Assembly: GCA_038227875.1 (NCBI GenBank)
Contig: JBBRPR010000001.1
Location: forward strand, 96,001-160,000
Source of the DNA: Planctomycetota bacterium
GTDB taxonomy: Bacteria; Planctomycetota; SZUA-567; H5-PLA8
Reading direction: 5' to 3'
Length of the DNA stretch: 64,000 bases
Shown: positions 28,587-37,909 of the stretch, one piece after another
Position numbering within the stretch: position 1 is the stretch's first letter
Layout: the number at the start of each line of letters is the position of its first letter
Translations under genes and position numbers: made by a program
Notes under the pieces: generated by a model
Database searches by the model: none
What the model was told of the DNA's origin: nothing
Seen by the model: the letters and a program-made list of their open reading frames with translations, nothing else

Positions 28587-29165
28587 TTAGTGCAGGCGGG
28601 GACCCGGCGGCAGTGACTGGATCAGGCGGGATTCTTCGACACGAATCTCTTCCAGCCGGGCCTGCGCGAGTTCGGGGCTGTAGAATTCACTGGCCAGATT
28701 AGTGAACAGGAGGAAGTGGCTCACTTCGCTGGCGTAGAGATCTTCGTAGAAACTTCCCAGCGTGGTGCCGCGCGCGCGGTCGGCCAGCAGCCGGAAGCGC
28801 TCCGCGCTCCGCGATTCGATCACGCCGCAGACCAGCAGCATGTCCATGAACGTATCGCGTCCGCGCGTCTGGGTGAGCTTGCGCAGGCCCTTGGCGTACT
28901 CGCTGCCGCCTTCGGGGAGCGGGGGAGGGGGATAGTTGCGCAGCATCCGCTCGCACTGTTCGGCGTGCTGGTATTCTTCGTTGGCGAGGTCCGGCATCAA
29001 CTTTTTCAGCGTGGGAAAGCGGTTCCCATGCGCGCGCATGGTATGCAACGCCATCGCGGCGGCCTTGCGTTCGCAGAAGAGGTGATCGAGCAGCAGCGCA
29101 CCGGTGTCGGCGAGCACGCGGTCGGCCCATTCGGGCGGAGTGACGTAGTGAAGTCCAAGCAGCAT
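28587..29165 (-). CDS. miaE: tRNA-(ms2io6A) hydroxylase, ferritin-like di-iron
   Basis: LLDHLFCERKAA, EEYQH, IESRSAERF, FYEDLYASEVSH and C-terminal PRLH. Confidence 0.85.
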   Translation of the reverse strand: MLLGLHYVTPPEWADRVLADTGALLLDHLFCERKAAAMALHTMRAHGNRFPTLKKLMPDLANEEYQHAEQCERMLRNYPPPPLPEGGSEYAKGLRKLTQTRGRDTFMDMLLVCGVIESRSAERFRLLADRARGTTLGSFYEDLYASEVSHFLLFTNLASEFYSPELAQARLEEIRVEESRLIQSLPPGPRLH

Positions 29166-29227
29166 GGACTTGAATGTAATAAAGTCACAGAAAAGTGAAA
29201 TTCGAAAAAGGTCCAACGGAGTAACTC

Positions 29228-29584
29228 ATGCGAAAGAAACGTACGGCAGGAAAATATGAGCGTCGGCATCGCCTGCTTCAGAAGATTTTCATCAGTTACG
29301 GAGGCAAGGAAAAGGACGCGTGGGATTTTGCGTTTCACATGCTGGACTGGGATGAAGACCTTGAACGGCTTTATGGCGTCTATTCGAACCCGGGTCGCCT
29401 TACAAACAAAAAGGGTGATGCGGTTTTTCGTTTCTTAATCCACGCCACCTACCATCTGATGGAAGCATACAGACTTTTGAGGGGCGAAGAATGTGTGAAT
29501 ATATTCGCGCCAAATTACAAGCAACCCACCTCATCGCGTAAAGTTACTGGTAGGACGCGCCGATTGGCCAAAGCGAAGAAATGA
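29228..29584 (+). CDS. Small hypothetical protein (AT-richer, helical)
   Basis: 118-aa ORF filling the gap; contains FAFHMLDW and FLIHATYHL; no family recognised. Confidence 0.55.
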   Translation: MRKKRTAGKYERRHRLLQKIFISYGGKEKDAWDFAFHMLDWDEDLERLYGVYSNPGRLTNKKGDAVFRFLIHATYHLMEAYRLLRGEECVNIFAPNYKQPTSSRKVTGRTRRLAKAKK

Positions 29585-29706
29585 AGCGTTGTACGGTAGT
29601 CTGTCCGACGAAGGCACGGCAAGGCCGAACTTTCGCTACGCTTAAGTTCGTCCGTGCCAGTGGCACCAAATCATCCCGACAGGAATCCCAAGAGCCAAGA
29701 GCCGCC

Positions 29707-32118
29707 CTACTTCTTCGGCAGCGTCAAAATCATGTCGCGAATCTTTCCGCGCATCGCGTCGAGCGCTTCCGGATCCTTCGAGCGCGCCCAGAAATCGTTG
29801 ACCGTGTCGCGGCCACCTTCGGTGCGGGATTTGACCGCGGCGTTGAAGAGTTCTTCGAGCAAATCGTGGGCTTCCTGATCTTTGCCGGCTTTGTGCGCGA
29901 GTTGCTTCAAGGTTTCGATGTAGCGCCGGTCGTCCCACGCTTCGCGCATCCCTTCAAAGTACGGCGTGCGGACGATCGAGGAGGGGGTGGTCCACGCGTA
30001 TTCCCAATTGTCGCCGGTGGTCGTGTCGAAACGGTTGCCCCAGTTGTACGCCCAGACCAGCGAACCGCGAGAATCGAAGGCGCCAAAGAAAAAGCCGAAC
30101 GTGTAGCGCGCGTCCCCCGGAGGTGAAGCGTCACCGCATCCGGAATACTGCCAGAACGTTTTCTTCGCGACCTTGGCGCCCTGCTCTTCCTTTTCCGCGG
30201 CGGCGCGGACCTTATCGCCGAGTTTCGCATCTTCGTGAATTGCGTTGGTGCAGAAAACATCGACATCGTCGGCGAAAATGATTCCAGGTCCAGCGTGGTG
30301 GATCGAGCCGTAAACGCGCACGCCCGGCGAGGCTTCGTGGATCGCGGCGCAGGCGTCTTTGAAGTGGCCCTTGATCCAGACAGCCGCGCCGCCGATGCCG
30401 AGTTCCTCCGGCGTGTTGTCGTTGGCTTTTTCACCGTCGAGGAACTTCGCCACGTCCTGCAGTTTTACATGTGGCAGACGGTCGGCGTGCGTCTTGTGGT
30501 CGACGTAGTAGAACAACTTGGCCTTGGCGTGATCGCCTTGCGACCACTTCGCCGGTTCGTCGAAGGGCGTCAGGATCGGTTCCGGCCAGTGCGCTTCTTT
30601 GGCGTGTGCCATCAATTTTTTGACCCACGCCACATAGATCGGTCGGAGTTCCGGCAGCACAGCGTCGGGGGCGGCGGTCTGCTTGCGGATGAACTCCTTG
30701 CGGCCTTCCATCGAATCCTTGCCCGTGAAAACGACGCTGCGGTAGAGATCGCGTTCGATGTGAAGCGTGTCGGGGAATCCGTAGGGATCGCCGCCGAGGA
30801 AGTAAACAAAGTTGTCGACGCCTGCTTCCTTGGCGTGACGCATGAAGTCGTCCATGATCGTGAAATCGAGATCGAATTCGGTCGCGGATTTCCGGATCAC
30901 TTTCGGCGCGATGCCGCTGGCCCAGATGTTGATGCTGTTGTGATTGTTCTTCACCAGTGCGCGCAGTTCGTGAGCCGGCAGCAGCCCGGCGACGCAACCG
31001 CCGAGACACAGGTCGGCTTCCTTCATGCTCAGCAGTTTGAAATCGGCGATCTCGACCTGGACCGGCAATTCCTCAGCGGGCAGCGCGTCGGCTTCAATCA
31101 GGATCTTCCCCGTGTACGTCCCGGACTTGGGTAGCGTGTGGTCGTCACCGGCTTCGATCCAGAATAACTGTGAGCGGCCGCTGGGAATGTCGACGGCGTA
31201 CGACGGCCACAAGCGCTGCGGAAACACACCGCCCTTGGTCACCGCGTATTCGCCGGTGAGCAATGCCAGGTCGCACTTCAGTTTGTCGCCGTTGGACTGC
31301 AGACCTTCCTTGCTGAACGAGACGCGCACGTTCTTCAAATCGGCGCCGTTGGCAAAGACGCCGAATTGCGCGGGTTCGATCTCGTTGCGCGCCAGCTTAA
31401 GCTTCACCGGTACGCCGGTTTCGTTTTCCAGCGGCGCGGACGTGGGGTAAATCAGTTTCGTATACGGCCGCACGAATGGAACGATGTTCTTTTCTTTCAG
31501 CGCTTCGGGCAACGCGGGCTTCTCCGGTTCGGGAAACTTCGCCTTCTTCATCGCCTCTGTCTGCACCCGCGCGACCCAGTCGCGGGTCTCCGCGGCCCAG
31601 CGCGTTTCGTCTTCGGCCGGATGTCCAAGCTCAATGGCGAGGTGCTGAAACGGCACGTCGGAACCGCTGGGCGCGGTGAAGACAATTTCCGTGCCCTTCG
31701 CCGACGAGCGCATCACCGAATCCCAGCCGACGGGAATCAGCGCGGTCTTCCATTTGTTGTCGTTGAGTCCCCCGATGCGGTGAATTTCGGTGCGGCCCGG
31801 CAATCCCGAAAAGATTTCCACGCGAATCGGCGACGCCGCGGAATCGTAAAATGTGACGGCAATGTCGTAGGCGGCCGGCTCCCTGGGCCGCAACGCTTCT
31901 CCCCACCACGACGGCAGCGGAATGATGCCCGGAACTCCGCCATGCAGAACGCGGCAATCCTTCTCGTCGACCTTGTCGACGGCCCAGAGCTGATCGTTGA
32001 GATCTTCGAGCTTCACGAAGTCGGCTTCGATCAACGGCTTCTCGGCGGCGCGTGCGACACCTAAAAGTGAAAGACAAGCAACGAGAAACAGGCCACGACT
32101 GTAAAGCTGCAGGTTCAT
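29707..32118 (-). CDS. Secreted GH123/DUF4091-like protein with N-terminal beta-rich module
   Basis: Signal peptide; LARNEIEPAQFGV, SGTYTGKI, PFDEP, WQYSG and FEGMREAWDDRRYI. Confidence 0.6.
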   Translation of the reverse strand: MNLQLYSRGLFLVACLSLLGVARAAEKPLIEADFVKLEDLNDQLWAVDKVDEKDCRVLHGGVPGIIPLPSWWGEALRPREPAAYDIAVTFYDSAASPIRVEIFSGLPGRTEIHRIGGLNDNKWKTALIPVGWDSVMRSSAKGTEIVFTAPSGSDVPFQHLAIELGHPAEDETRWAAETRDWVARVQTEAMKKAKFPEPEKPALPEALKEKNIVPFVRPYTKLIYPTSAPLENETGVPVKLKLARNEIEPAQFGVFANGADLKNVRVSFSKEGLQSNGDKLKCDLALLTGEYAVTKGGVFPQRLWPSYAVDIPSGRSQLFWIEAGDDHTLPKSGTYTGKILIEADALPAEELPVQVEIADFKLLSMKEADLCLGGCVAGLLPAHELRALVKNNHNSINIWASGIAPKVIRKSATEFDLDFTIMDDFMRHAKEAGVDNFVYFLGGDPYGFPDTLHIERDLYRSVVFTGKDSMEGRKEFIRKQTAAPDAVLPELRPIYVAWVKKLMAHAKEAHWPEPILTPFDEPAKWSQGDHAKAKLFYYVDHKTHADRLPHVKLQDVAKFLDGEKANDNTPEELGIGGAAVWIKGHFKDACAAIHEASPGVRVYGSIHHAGPGIIFADDVDVFCTNAIHEDAKLGDKVRAAAEKEEQGAKVAKKTFWQYSGCGDASPPGDARYTFGFFFGAFDSRGSLVWAYNWGNRFDTTTGDNWEYAWTTPSSIVRTPYFEGMREAWDDRRYIETLKQLAHKAGKDQEAHDLLEELFNAAVKSRTEGGRDTVNDFWARSKDPEALDAMRGKIRDMILTLPKK

Positions 32119-32415
32119 GAGCGCTCCACGAATGTTGGAATTAGTACACCATCAGCGTAGCGGTTTTTGGAATTTTCATGGGGCATTTTTCATTTTGGAG
32201 ATGAAGCGGCGAGCGCGGTGAGCACTCTTTATCTCCCCGTGTGTCACCGATTGAAAAGAGATGGATTTTGAGCTTCAGTGCGGACCCTAAAATTGTCGAA
32301 AAACCATGGTGAAATACCCGTGTGCTTAAGCGACTCGACGGGGCGGGTGGTCTGCCGCTTTACGGCTTCGATTCCGCGACTTTGAATTGACACAACTGAT
32401 ACGAAGGAGATTCCT

Positions 32416-33828
32416 GTGATGCGGCCAGATGCGTATGCGGGAAAGTGCGTGACAATTATGGGGCTGGGTCTGTTTGGCGGCGGCGTCGGAGCGGCGCGGT
32501 TTTACGCCGCGCACGGCGCGAGCGTCACCGTCACCGACAAGCGCCCTGAATCCGATTTGAAGCCCTCGATCGAAGCGCTGAAGGGTCTGCCGATCCGCTA
32601 CGTACTGGGCAAACATGACGTGGATGATTTCCGCCACGCCGATGTGGTGCTCGTCAATCCCGGCGTGCCGATGGACAGCCCGCTGGTTACCATGGCGCGC
32701 GGCGCCGGCGCCCACATCGAACACGCAATCAATCTGCTCTTCAAATTGACGCCCAAAAATCCCAAGATCGGCATCACTGGCTCCAACGGTAAGTCGACCA
32801 CCACGGCGCTGCTCGGCGAGATGGTCAAGCTGCACGACCAGCGCACGCTGATCGGCGGCAACATCGGCAAATGTCTGCTCAGCGAAGTCGCGCGTCTTCC
32901 CGCCGGCGTGCCGATGGTCGTGGAACTCTCGTCGTTCATGCTCGACGGCCTGCGCGAAATGGGCGTCAGCCCGCACATTTCGATCGTGACCAACCTGTCG
33001 CCCAATCATCTCGACCGCCATGGCACGATGGAAAACTACGCCGCCGCGAAGCGGAACATCATCGCCTTTCAGACCAAGAACGATTTTGCGATCCTCAACG
33101 CCGACGACCCGCTGCTGCGCAACTGGCACACGTACACGCAGGCGCAAGTGGTCCGCTTCAGCGTGAAGAAAGAACTCGACGGCAACGCCGCGTTCCTCGA
33201 CCGCGGCAAGCTGGTGCTGCGCATGAATGGCGTCGAAGAAGTCGTTGCGCTGCGCCAGGCGCTACGCCTGCCGGGCGAACACAACGTGGCCAATGCACTG
33301 GCCGCCGCCGCCGCGGCGCTCTCGCTGGGCGTCCGGCCCTGGCAGATCGCCGAAGCGCTGGCGACCTTCACCGGCCTGCCGCATCGGCTCGAAGTCGTCG
33401 CCAAGAGTTCCCATGCCGTTACCTATTACAACGATTCCATCGCCACGACCCCCGAATCGGCGATCTGCGCGCTGGCCTCGTTCGAAGGCCCGATCACTCT
33501 GATCGCCGGTGGATATGACAAGGGTTCGCCCTTCGATGAACTGGGCATTGCCATCGCCAAGAAAGCACGCCGTCTGATTCTGCTCGGCACCACCGCGCCG
33601 AAAATTGAAGAAGCAGTCATCCGTGCCTCGCGCGAACTGATGCGCGGTCCGCAGATTCTCCGCGCCCGCGACCTGGAACACGCCGCGCAGCTCGCTGCGC
33701 AGGATGCGCTGCCGGGTGAAGCAGTGCTGCTCTCGCCGGCCTGCGCCAGCTACGACATGTTCCGGAATTTTCAGGAACGTGGCGAGCTCTTCCGCATTCT
33801 TGCGCGCCGTGCCGCAGCGACCGCGTAA
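32416..33828 (+). CDS. murD: UDP-N-acetylmuramoyl-L-alanine--D-glutamate ligase
   Basis: GITGSNGKSTT, GGNIG, ELSSF, NHLDRH, HRLE, YNDSIAT and LSPACASYDMF. Confidence 0.95.
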   Translation: MMRPDAYAGKCVTIMGLGLFGGGVGAARFYAAHGASVTVTDKRPESDLKPSIEALKGLPIRYVLGKHDVDDFRHADVVLVNPGVPMDSPLVTMARGAGAHIEHAINLLFKLTPKNPKIGITGSNGKSTTTALLGEMVKLHDQRTLIGGNIGKCLLSEVARLPAGVPMVVELSSFMLDGLREMGVSPHISIVTNLSPNHLDRHGTMENYAAAKRNIIAFQTKNDFAILNADDPLLRNWHTYTQAQVVRFSVKKELDGNAAFLDRGKLVLRMNGVEEVVALRQALRLPGEHNVANALAAAAAALSLGVRPWQIAEALATFTGLPHRLEVVAKSSHAVTYYNDSIATTPESAICALASFEGPITLIAGGYDKGSPFDELGIAIAKKARRLILLGTTAPKIEEAVIRASRELMRGPQILRARDLEHAAQLAAQDALPGEAVLLSPACASYDMFRNFQERGELFRILARRAAATA

Positions 33829-33849
33829 AATTCGGACGTGGAGTAATTC

Positions 33850-34806
33850 ATGGCGCGAATGTTCGCTCTGCTGCTCGGCTCCTTTGCCTTGATGAATCTG
33901 CTCGGCGGGCTGTTCCGTCCGCAGTTCGACGGCAACGGCCTCTGGATCGATCTGGGTTTCCTGCCAGGAGTTTTTGCGAGCGCGCTGCTGCTGGGTTCAT
34001 CCGCGCTGCTGATTGCATTTGCCGCGGGGGAGGCGCTGCCGCTCTGGCAGCGGAATCTCTCAGCGCTGATCTTCTCCGTGCTGGCGCTGGCCACCGCGTG
34101 GAACGCGATCACGTTCTTCCGGCTGCAGCATGCCCATTTCATCGCGGCACGCATTCCCGTGCCGCTGTCGCTCATCGTTGCACTGGTCCTTGTGTTTCTG
34201 ATTGTCGCGCTCTTCAAGCCGGAATGGCGGGGCGGGGCATTGAATCTCCGGACCTGCGGCGCGGCGTTCGCGCTGGGACTGCTGCTGTTTCCGCTGGCCC
34301 AGATGTATTTTTTCGGCAAGACCGACTACCGGCGCCACGCCGACGCGATCGTCGTTTTTGGGGCGCGTGCCTATGCTGACGGCAGGCCCTCGCAGGCGCT
34401 CGCCGACCGCGTGCGCACGGCGTGTGAACTCTATCGCGAAGGCTACGCGCCGAAGCTGATTCTTTCCGGCGGCCCCGGCGATGGGGCGATTGACGAACCT
34501 GAAGCGATGCGGCGCCTGGCGCTGACGCTGGGAGTTCGCGATGCGGATTTGATTCTCGATCCCGCCGGCCTCAACACACATGCCACGGTCGCCAACACTC
34601 GCCTGCTCTTTGAAAAATGGGGCTTCCATCGCGTGCTGGCGGTCAGCCATTTTTACCATCTGCCGCGCGTGAAGCTGGCTTATCAACACGCGTCACTGAT
34701 GATTTATACGGTTCCCGCTCGCGAGACTTATACGCTGACGAAGATGCCGCTGTTGATGGCGCGTGAAGTGGCGGCGTACTGGAGCTACTTTGCGAAGGTC
34801 GCTTAA
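33850..34806 (+). CDS. YdcF/SanA/ElyC (DUF218) protein with N-terminal TM helices
   Basis: DAIVVFGA, RVRTACELY, LILSGG, EPEAM, VSHFYHLPR and AREVAA. Confidence 0.88.
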   Translation: MARMFALLLGSFALMNLLGGLFRPQFDGNGLWIDLGFLPGVFASALLLGSSALLIAFAAGEALPLWQRNLSALIFSVLALATAWNAITFFRLQHAHFIAARIPVPLSLIVALVLVFLIVALFKPEWRGGALNLRTCGAAFALGLLLFPLAQMYFFGKTDYRRHADAIVVFGARAYADGRPSQALADRVRTACELYREGYAPKLILSGGPGDGAIDEPEAMRRLALTLGVRDADLILDPAGLNTHATVANTRLLFEKWGFHRVLAVSHFYHLPRVKLAYQHASLMIYTVPARETYTLTKMPLLMAREVAAYWSYFAKVA

Positions 34807-34991
34807 ACTGAAATTTTTTTAAAATTGCAAAGTGGTTGGGAAAAATATAGCTAACCCTCGGTCAGCCATTCACGTTTTCAGAACGCCCCATCTTGTCTAG
34901 ACTTAAACACAAGCTTGATTCTCAGAAATGAGAATACTTTGACGCGACAAGGCAAATCGATACCGCCACAAGAATTATGTGAAATGGTTCC

Positions 34992-35020
34992 TTGCTTTGA
35001 AAATGCTGAATTCGTATAAC
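34992..35020 (+). promoter_or_regulatory. Candidate sigma70 promoter
   Basis: TTGCTT-17nt-TATAAC in an AT-rich gap upstream of ATG 35073. Confidence 0.35.
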
Positions 35021-35072
35021 ACACCCACTTGTTCGTCTGTTCACATCATGTCAAGCACCCAGGGAACTTTCG

Positions 35073-35708
35073 ATGGAAAAGCCTGCAAAAAAACGACGTA
35101 AACGCAACAGCATGCAAATTGTGCCTGAAGTCGCGAGCAAATACGGCATCGCACTGCCGGAAGCTCAGGAACACGAACGGACACTTTCGCCCAACGAAAT
35201 CGCGCCCATTTTCGGGGTCACCGGCGAAGCGGTGAAGCACTGGATCTACCAGCGGCGCCTGCCGGCCGTGAAACAAATGAATGGATACTGGCGCGTAAAA
35301 GTGTCGGACCTGGAACGTTTCATCCAGGCGCGCAGCGAAGTCGGCAAGCAGTACGTGCTCATCGCCGCCCGCCCCGAGATTCTGGGTCCCGTCAGCGATT
35401 CGCTGAAATCTCTCTCCTACAATTCCGTGCTGGCGTCCAATCTTTCCGATGCCTTGCTCAAAGCTCAGAGCGTCCGGCCGAGTCTGTTCCTGATCGACAC
35501 CGGCTGGAGCGAAGGCTGGAAGCTCGTCCAGAAAATCCGCGCTTACAAGCCTCTGCGTAACGTTCCGATCACGCTGGTCTCGCCCAAGCCGCTGACCATG
35601 GAAGAACTCGACAGCGCCATGAAGGCGGAAGTCGCCGGTTGTCTGATCGAACCGTTCGATGCGAAAATGCTGGCGACGGAAATCAGCCGCGGACTGCAGC
35701 GGCTGTAA
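35073..35708 (+). CDS. Excisionase-like HTH plus atypical receiver domain regulator
   Basis: LSPNEIAPIFGVTGEAVKHWI...LPAVK...WRV; receiver fold RPSLFLID...GWKLVQKIR...VPITLVS...IEPFD. Confidence 0.8.
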   Translation: MEKPAKKRRKRNSMQIVPEVASKYGIALPEAQEHERTLSPNEIAPIFGVTGEAVKHWIYQRRLPAVKQMNGYWRVKVSDLERFIQARSEVGKQYVLIAARPEILGPVSDSLKSLSYNSVLASNLSDALLKAQSVRPSLFLIDTGWSEGWKLVQKIRAYKPLRNVPITLVSPKPLTMEELDSAMKAEVAGCLIEPFDAKMLATEISRGLQRL

Positions 35709-35711
35709 ATT

Positions 35712-37700
35712 TCAGTCGGCCTGCTCCAGCACAATGGCCTTCATCTTTGGCGCATCGCCGCATTTGATCGTGTAGTTGTCGTTGTCTTTTGCGGCGATGT
35801 GGACGTCCTGCTTGTCCTGGCCGGCTTCCTGCCACGTGTACGTCACTTTCACGGGGCGGAAGCCACCGTGGGGCTCCGTATAATCGGCATCGGCGCGCGC
35901 GGCGAAGATCACGCAGTTGCCTTTGGAATTGGCGTGAATGCGGACCTGCGCCTTGCGCGTGCCCGCAGGGATCTCGCTGAAGCTGATGAATTTTCCATTC
36001 TGGCGGTTCGGGCCCATCGCATGGTCGACGGTCTTGAAGGTCTTGCCGTCGTCGAACGAAACCTGGTACTCAAAGCCTTCGTTCTTGTCGCCCGCGCGGT
36101 AATTGCAGCCAAAGCGCAGGCGCACCAGATCGCCCGGCGTTTCCAGCGGCATGGTTAAATCCGCGTTCGCGCCCGCCGGGACCAGCGTCTTCCACTGCTT
36201 GAAGGTGTCGGGATTGAAGCCGGTCGTCGTGACGTGAAATTCTTCGAGTGACGGCTGGCCCTTGGCTTTGAATTCCGGATGCGTGGCCTGCACCGTCACC
36301 GTTCCTTCCTGCGGACCGGCGCTGAAGGTAATCGTGTTGTCGCCCTTGCCCAGCGCCGGAAGCGGTCGCTGGGAGTGCTGGATGTCGTGCGAAATTTTCA
36401 GCGCTTTCACCGCCGTGCCCGCGCCGTTGAGCGTGAACTTCAAGCGGTAGTCGTAGTGTCGATACACCAGCGCCTTCAGGTCGATGGTCTGCGGACCGGC
36501 AGCATTGACTTTCGAGACGTCCTTCCAGTCGGTCCCGTTGTTGTCTGAGAATGCGACGCTGACATCGCCCCCCGCTGCCAGCGCGGCGTCGACGACGAGC
36601 GTGCCGCTCAAGTACACGTAACTGCAGGGCATGCGCACGACGAACGATCCGGACGCCGCCCCGTCCTTGATCTGCACCGGCTTCTCTTTGTCGGCGCTGA
36701 AGGCGATATTTTCTGAACTGAACACAGCGTCCTTGAACGTCGCATCGGCCAGCGGCGGTTCGTAAACGAGCGTCCCGTTGCCGACGCGGCCGTTGCTCAA
36801 GTCGCCCATTTTTGGCGTGTAGTAAAGAACGCCTTTGCCGGTCTCCGCTTTGAGGAGTTCTGGGTTGCCGCCGGAGCCGTCCATGTTGACGTGCAGGCCC
36901 GTGTTGCTCCAGTTGCGCGTCAGCTTCTCGCCTTTGCGGAGCTGGATGTTGACGCGGTATCCGGCGGTGTAGGTGTCCTGGTATTCAAACGGCGTTTTGT
37001 TGGTGCCGTCGAAAATCAGCATCGCGGTGTACCAGCCAAAATAGTTGAACGGGAAGTTGCCGCGATCGTCGAGCATCGGTGACGTGCGCAGCAATTCCGG
37101 GCCGGACTTGATCCCGTTCTGCTCACGCATGAATTTCTGGATCTTCGGCACGTCGCCGATGTAGCCGGGATTTTTCTCGTACCAGGCTTTGACGTTGGCG
37201 ACGAGCTCCTCCACGCCCGCGATCTTGCCGTCAGGCTTGCGGAAATACGCGATCAGCGAGGGGTCGAGGAAGTGCCACGCGTCGTCGTAGCGGATTTCCG
37301 GCGCCTGGCCCCAGCGGTTGACGGTGAACGCGCGCGCCTCGAAATTCAGCGCCCGCGCCAGCGCCATCAGCGACGTGCAGCCCGTGCCGTAGCCGTAAAC
37401 ATTGAAAAGCTTGATCGGATCGGTGACCGTCGGCGACGTCAGGCCCGAGAATTCAATCGGCTCCGGTTCGAAATGCCGGAATTTCACCACCGTGTCGAAG
37501 ATCGCCAGCGCCTTCTGTTCGTTGGTCATGCCGTCTTTGATCTCGGACTTCTGCCACGCCTCGATGCTCGACACATCTTCAACCTTATCCGAGAGCACTT
37601 TGACGTTGCTGACGATCGCCGGCGCTTCGCCCGCTTTCAGCGCGCTGCCCATGGCAAGGGTGGCGACCATCAGGAAAACGGCGGTGAGACGCATATTCAT
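35712..37700 (-). CDS. Secreted protein with transglutaminase-like core and beta-sandwich domains
   Basis: Signal peptide MRLTAVFLMVATLAMGSALKA; DPIKLFNVYGYGTGC...LNFEAR...PEIRYDDAWHFLDP. Confidence 0.55.
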   Translation of the reverse strand: MNMRLTAVFLMVATLAMGSALKAGEAPAIVSNVKVLSDKVEDVSSIEAWQKSEIKDGMTNEQKALAIFDTVVKFRHFEPEPIEFSGLTSPTVTDPIKLFNVYGYGTGCTSLMALARALNFEARAFTVNRWGQAPEIRYDDAWHFLDPSLIAYFRKPDGKIAGVEELVANVKAWYEKNPGYIGDVPKIQKFMREQNGIKSGPELLRTSPMLDDRGNFPFNYFGWYTAMLIFDGTNKTPFEYQDTYTAGYRVNIQLRKGEKLTRNWSNTGLHVNMDGSGGNPELLKAETGKGVLYYTPKMGDLSNGRVGNGTLVYEPPLADATFKDAVFSSENIAFSADKEKPVQIKDGAASGSFVVRMPCSYVYLSGTLVVDAALAAGGDVSVAFSDNNGTDWKDVSKVNAAGPQTIDLKALVYRHYDYRLKFTLNGAGTAVKALKISHDIQHSQRPLPALGKGDNTITFSAGPQEGTVTVQATHPEFKAKGQPSLEEFHVTTTGFNPDTFKQWKTLVPAGANADLTMPLETPGDLVRLRFGCNYRAGDKNEGFEYQVSFDDGKTFKTVDHAMGPNRQNGKFISFSEIPAGTRKAQVRIHANSKGNCVIFAARADADYTEPHGGFRPVKVTYTWQEAGQDKQDVHIAAKDNDNYTIKCGDAPKMKAIVLEQAD

Positions 37701-37909
37701 CAGGGTTCTCCAAGACGTGTACACGTGTCCACGTACACCGTTCAGCGCGGAAAGTGGCGCGAATTTATGCGCTTCCCGGACCACAAACGGAATGGTCACC
37801 ACGACTTAAAATTCCCCATTGAAATAGTGCTTACAATTTGGAAAACCTGAAGGAGAATTAAGCGAAAAGGTCTGTATGGTATCGAAAGCTCTATAAGGGA
37901 GGCCGGTCT

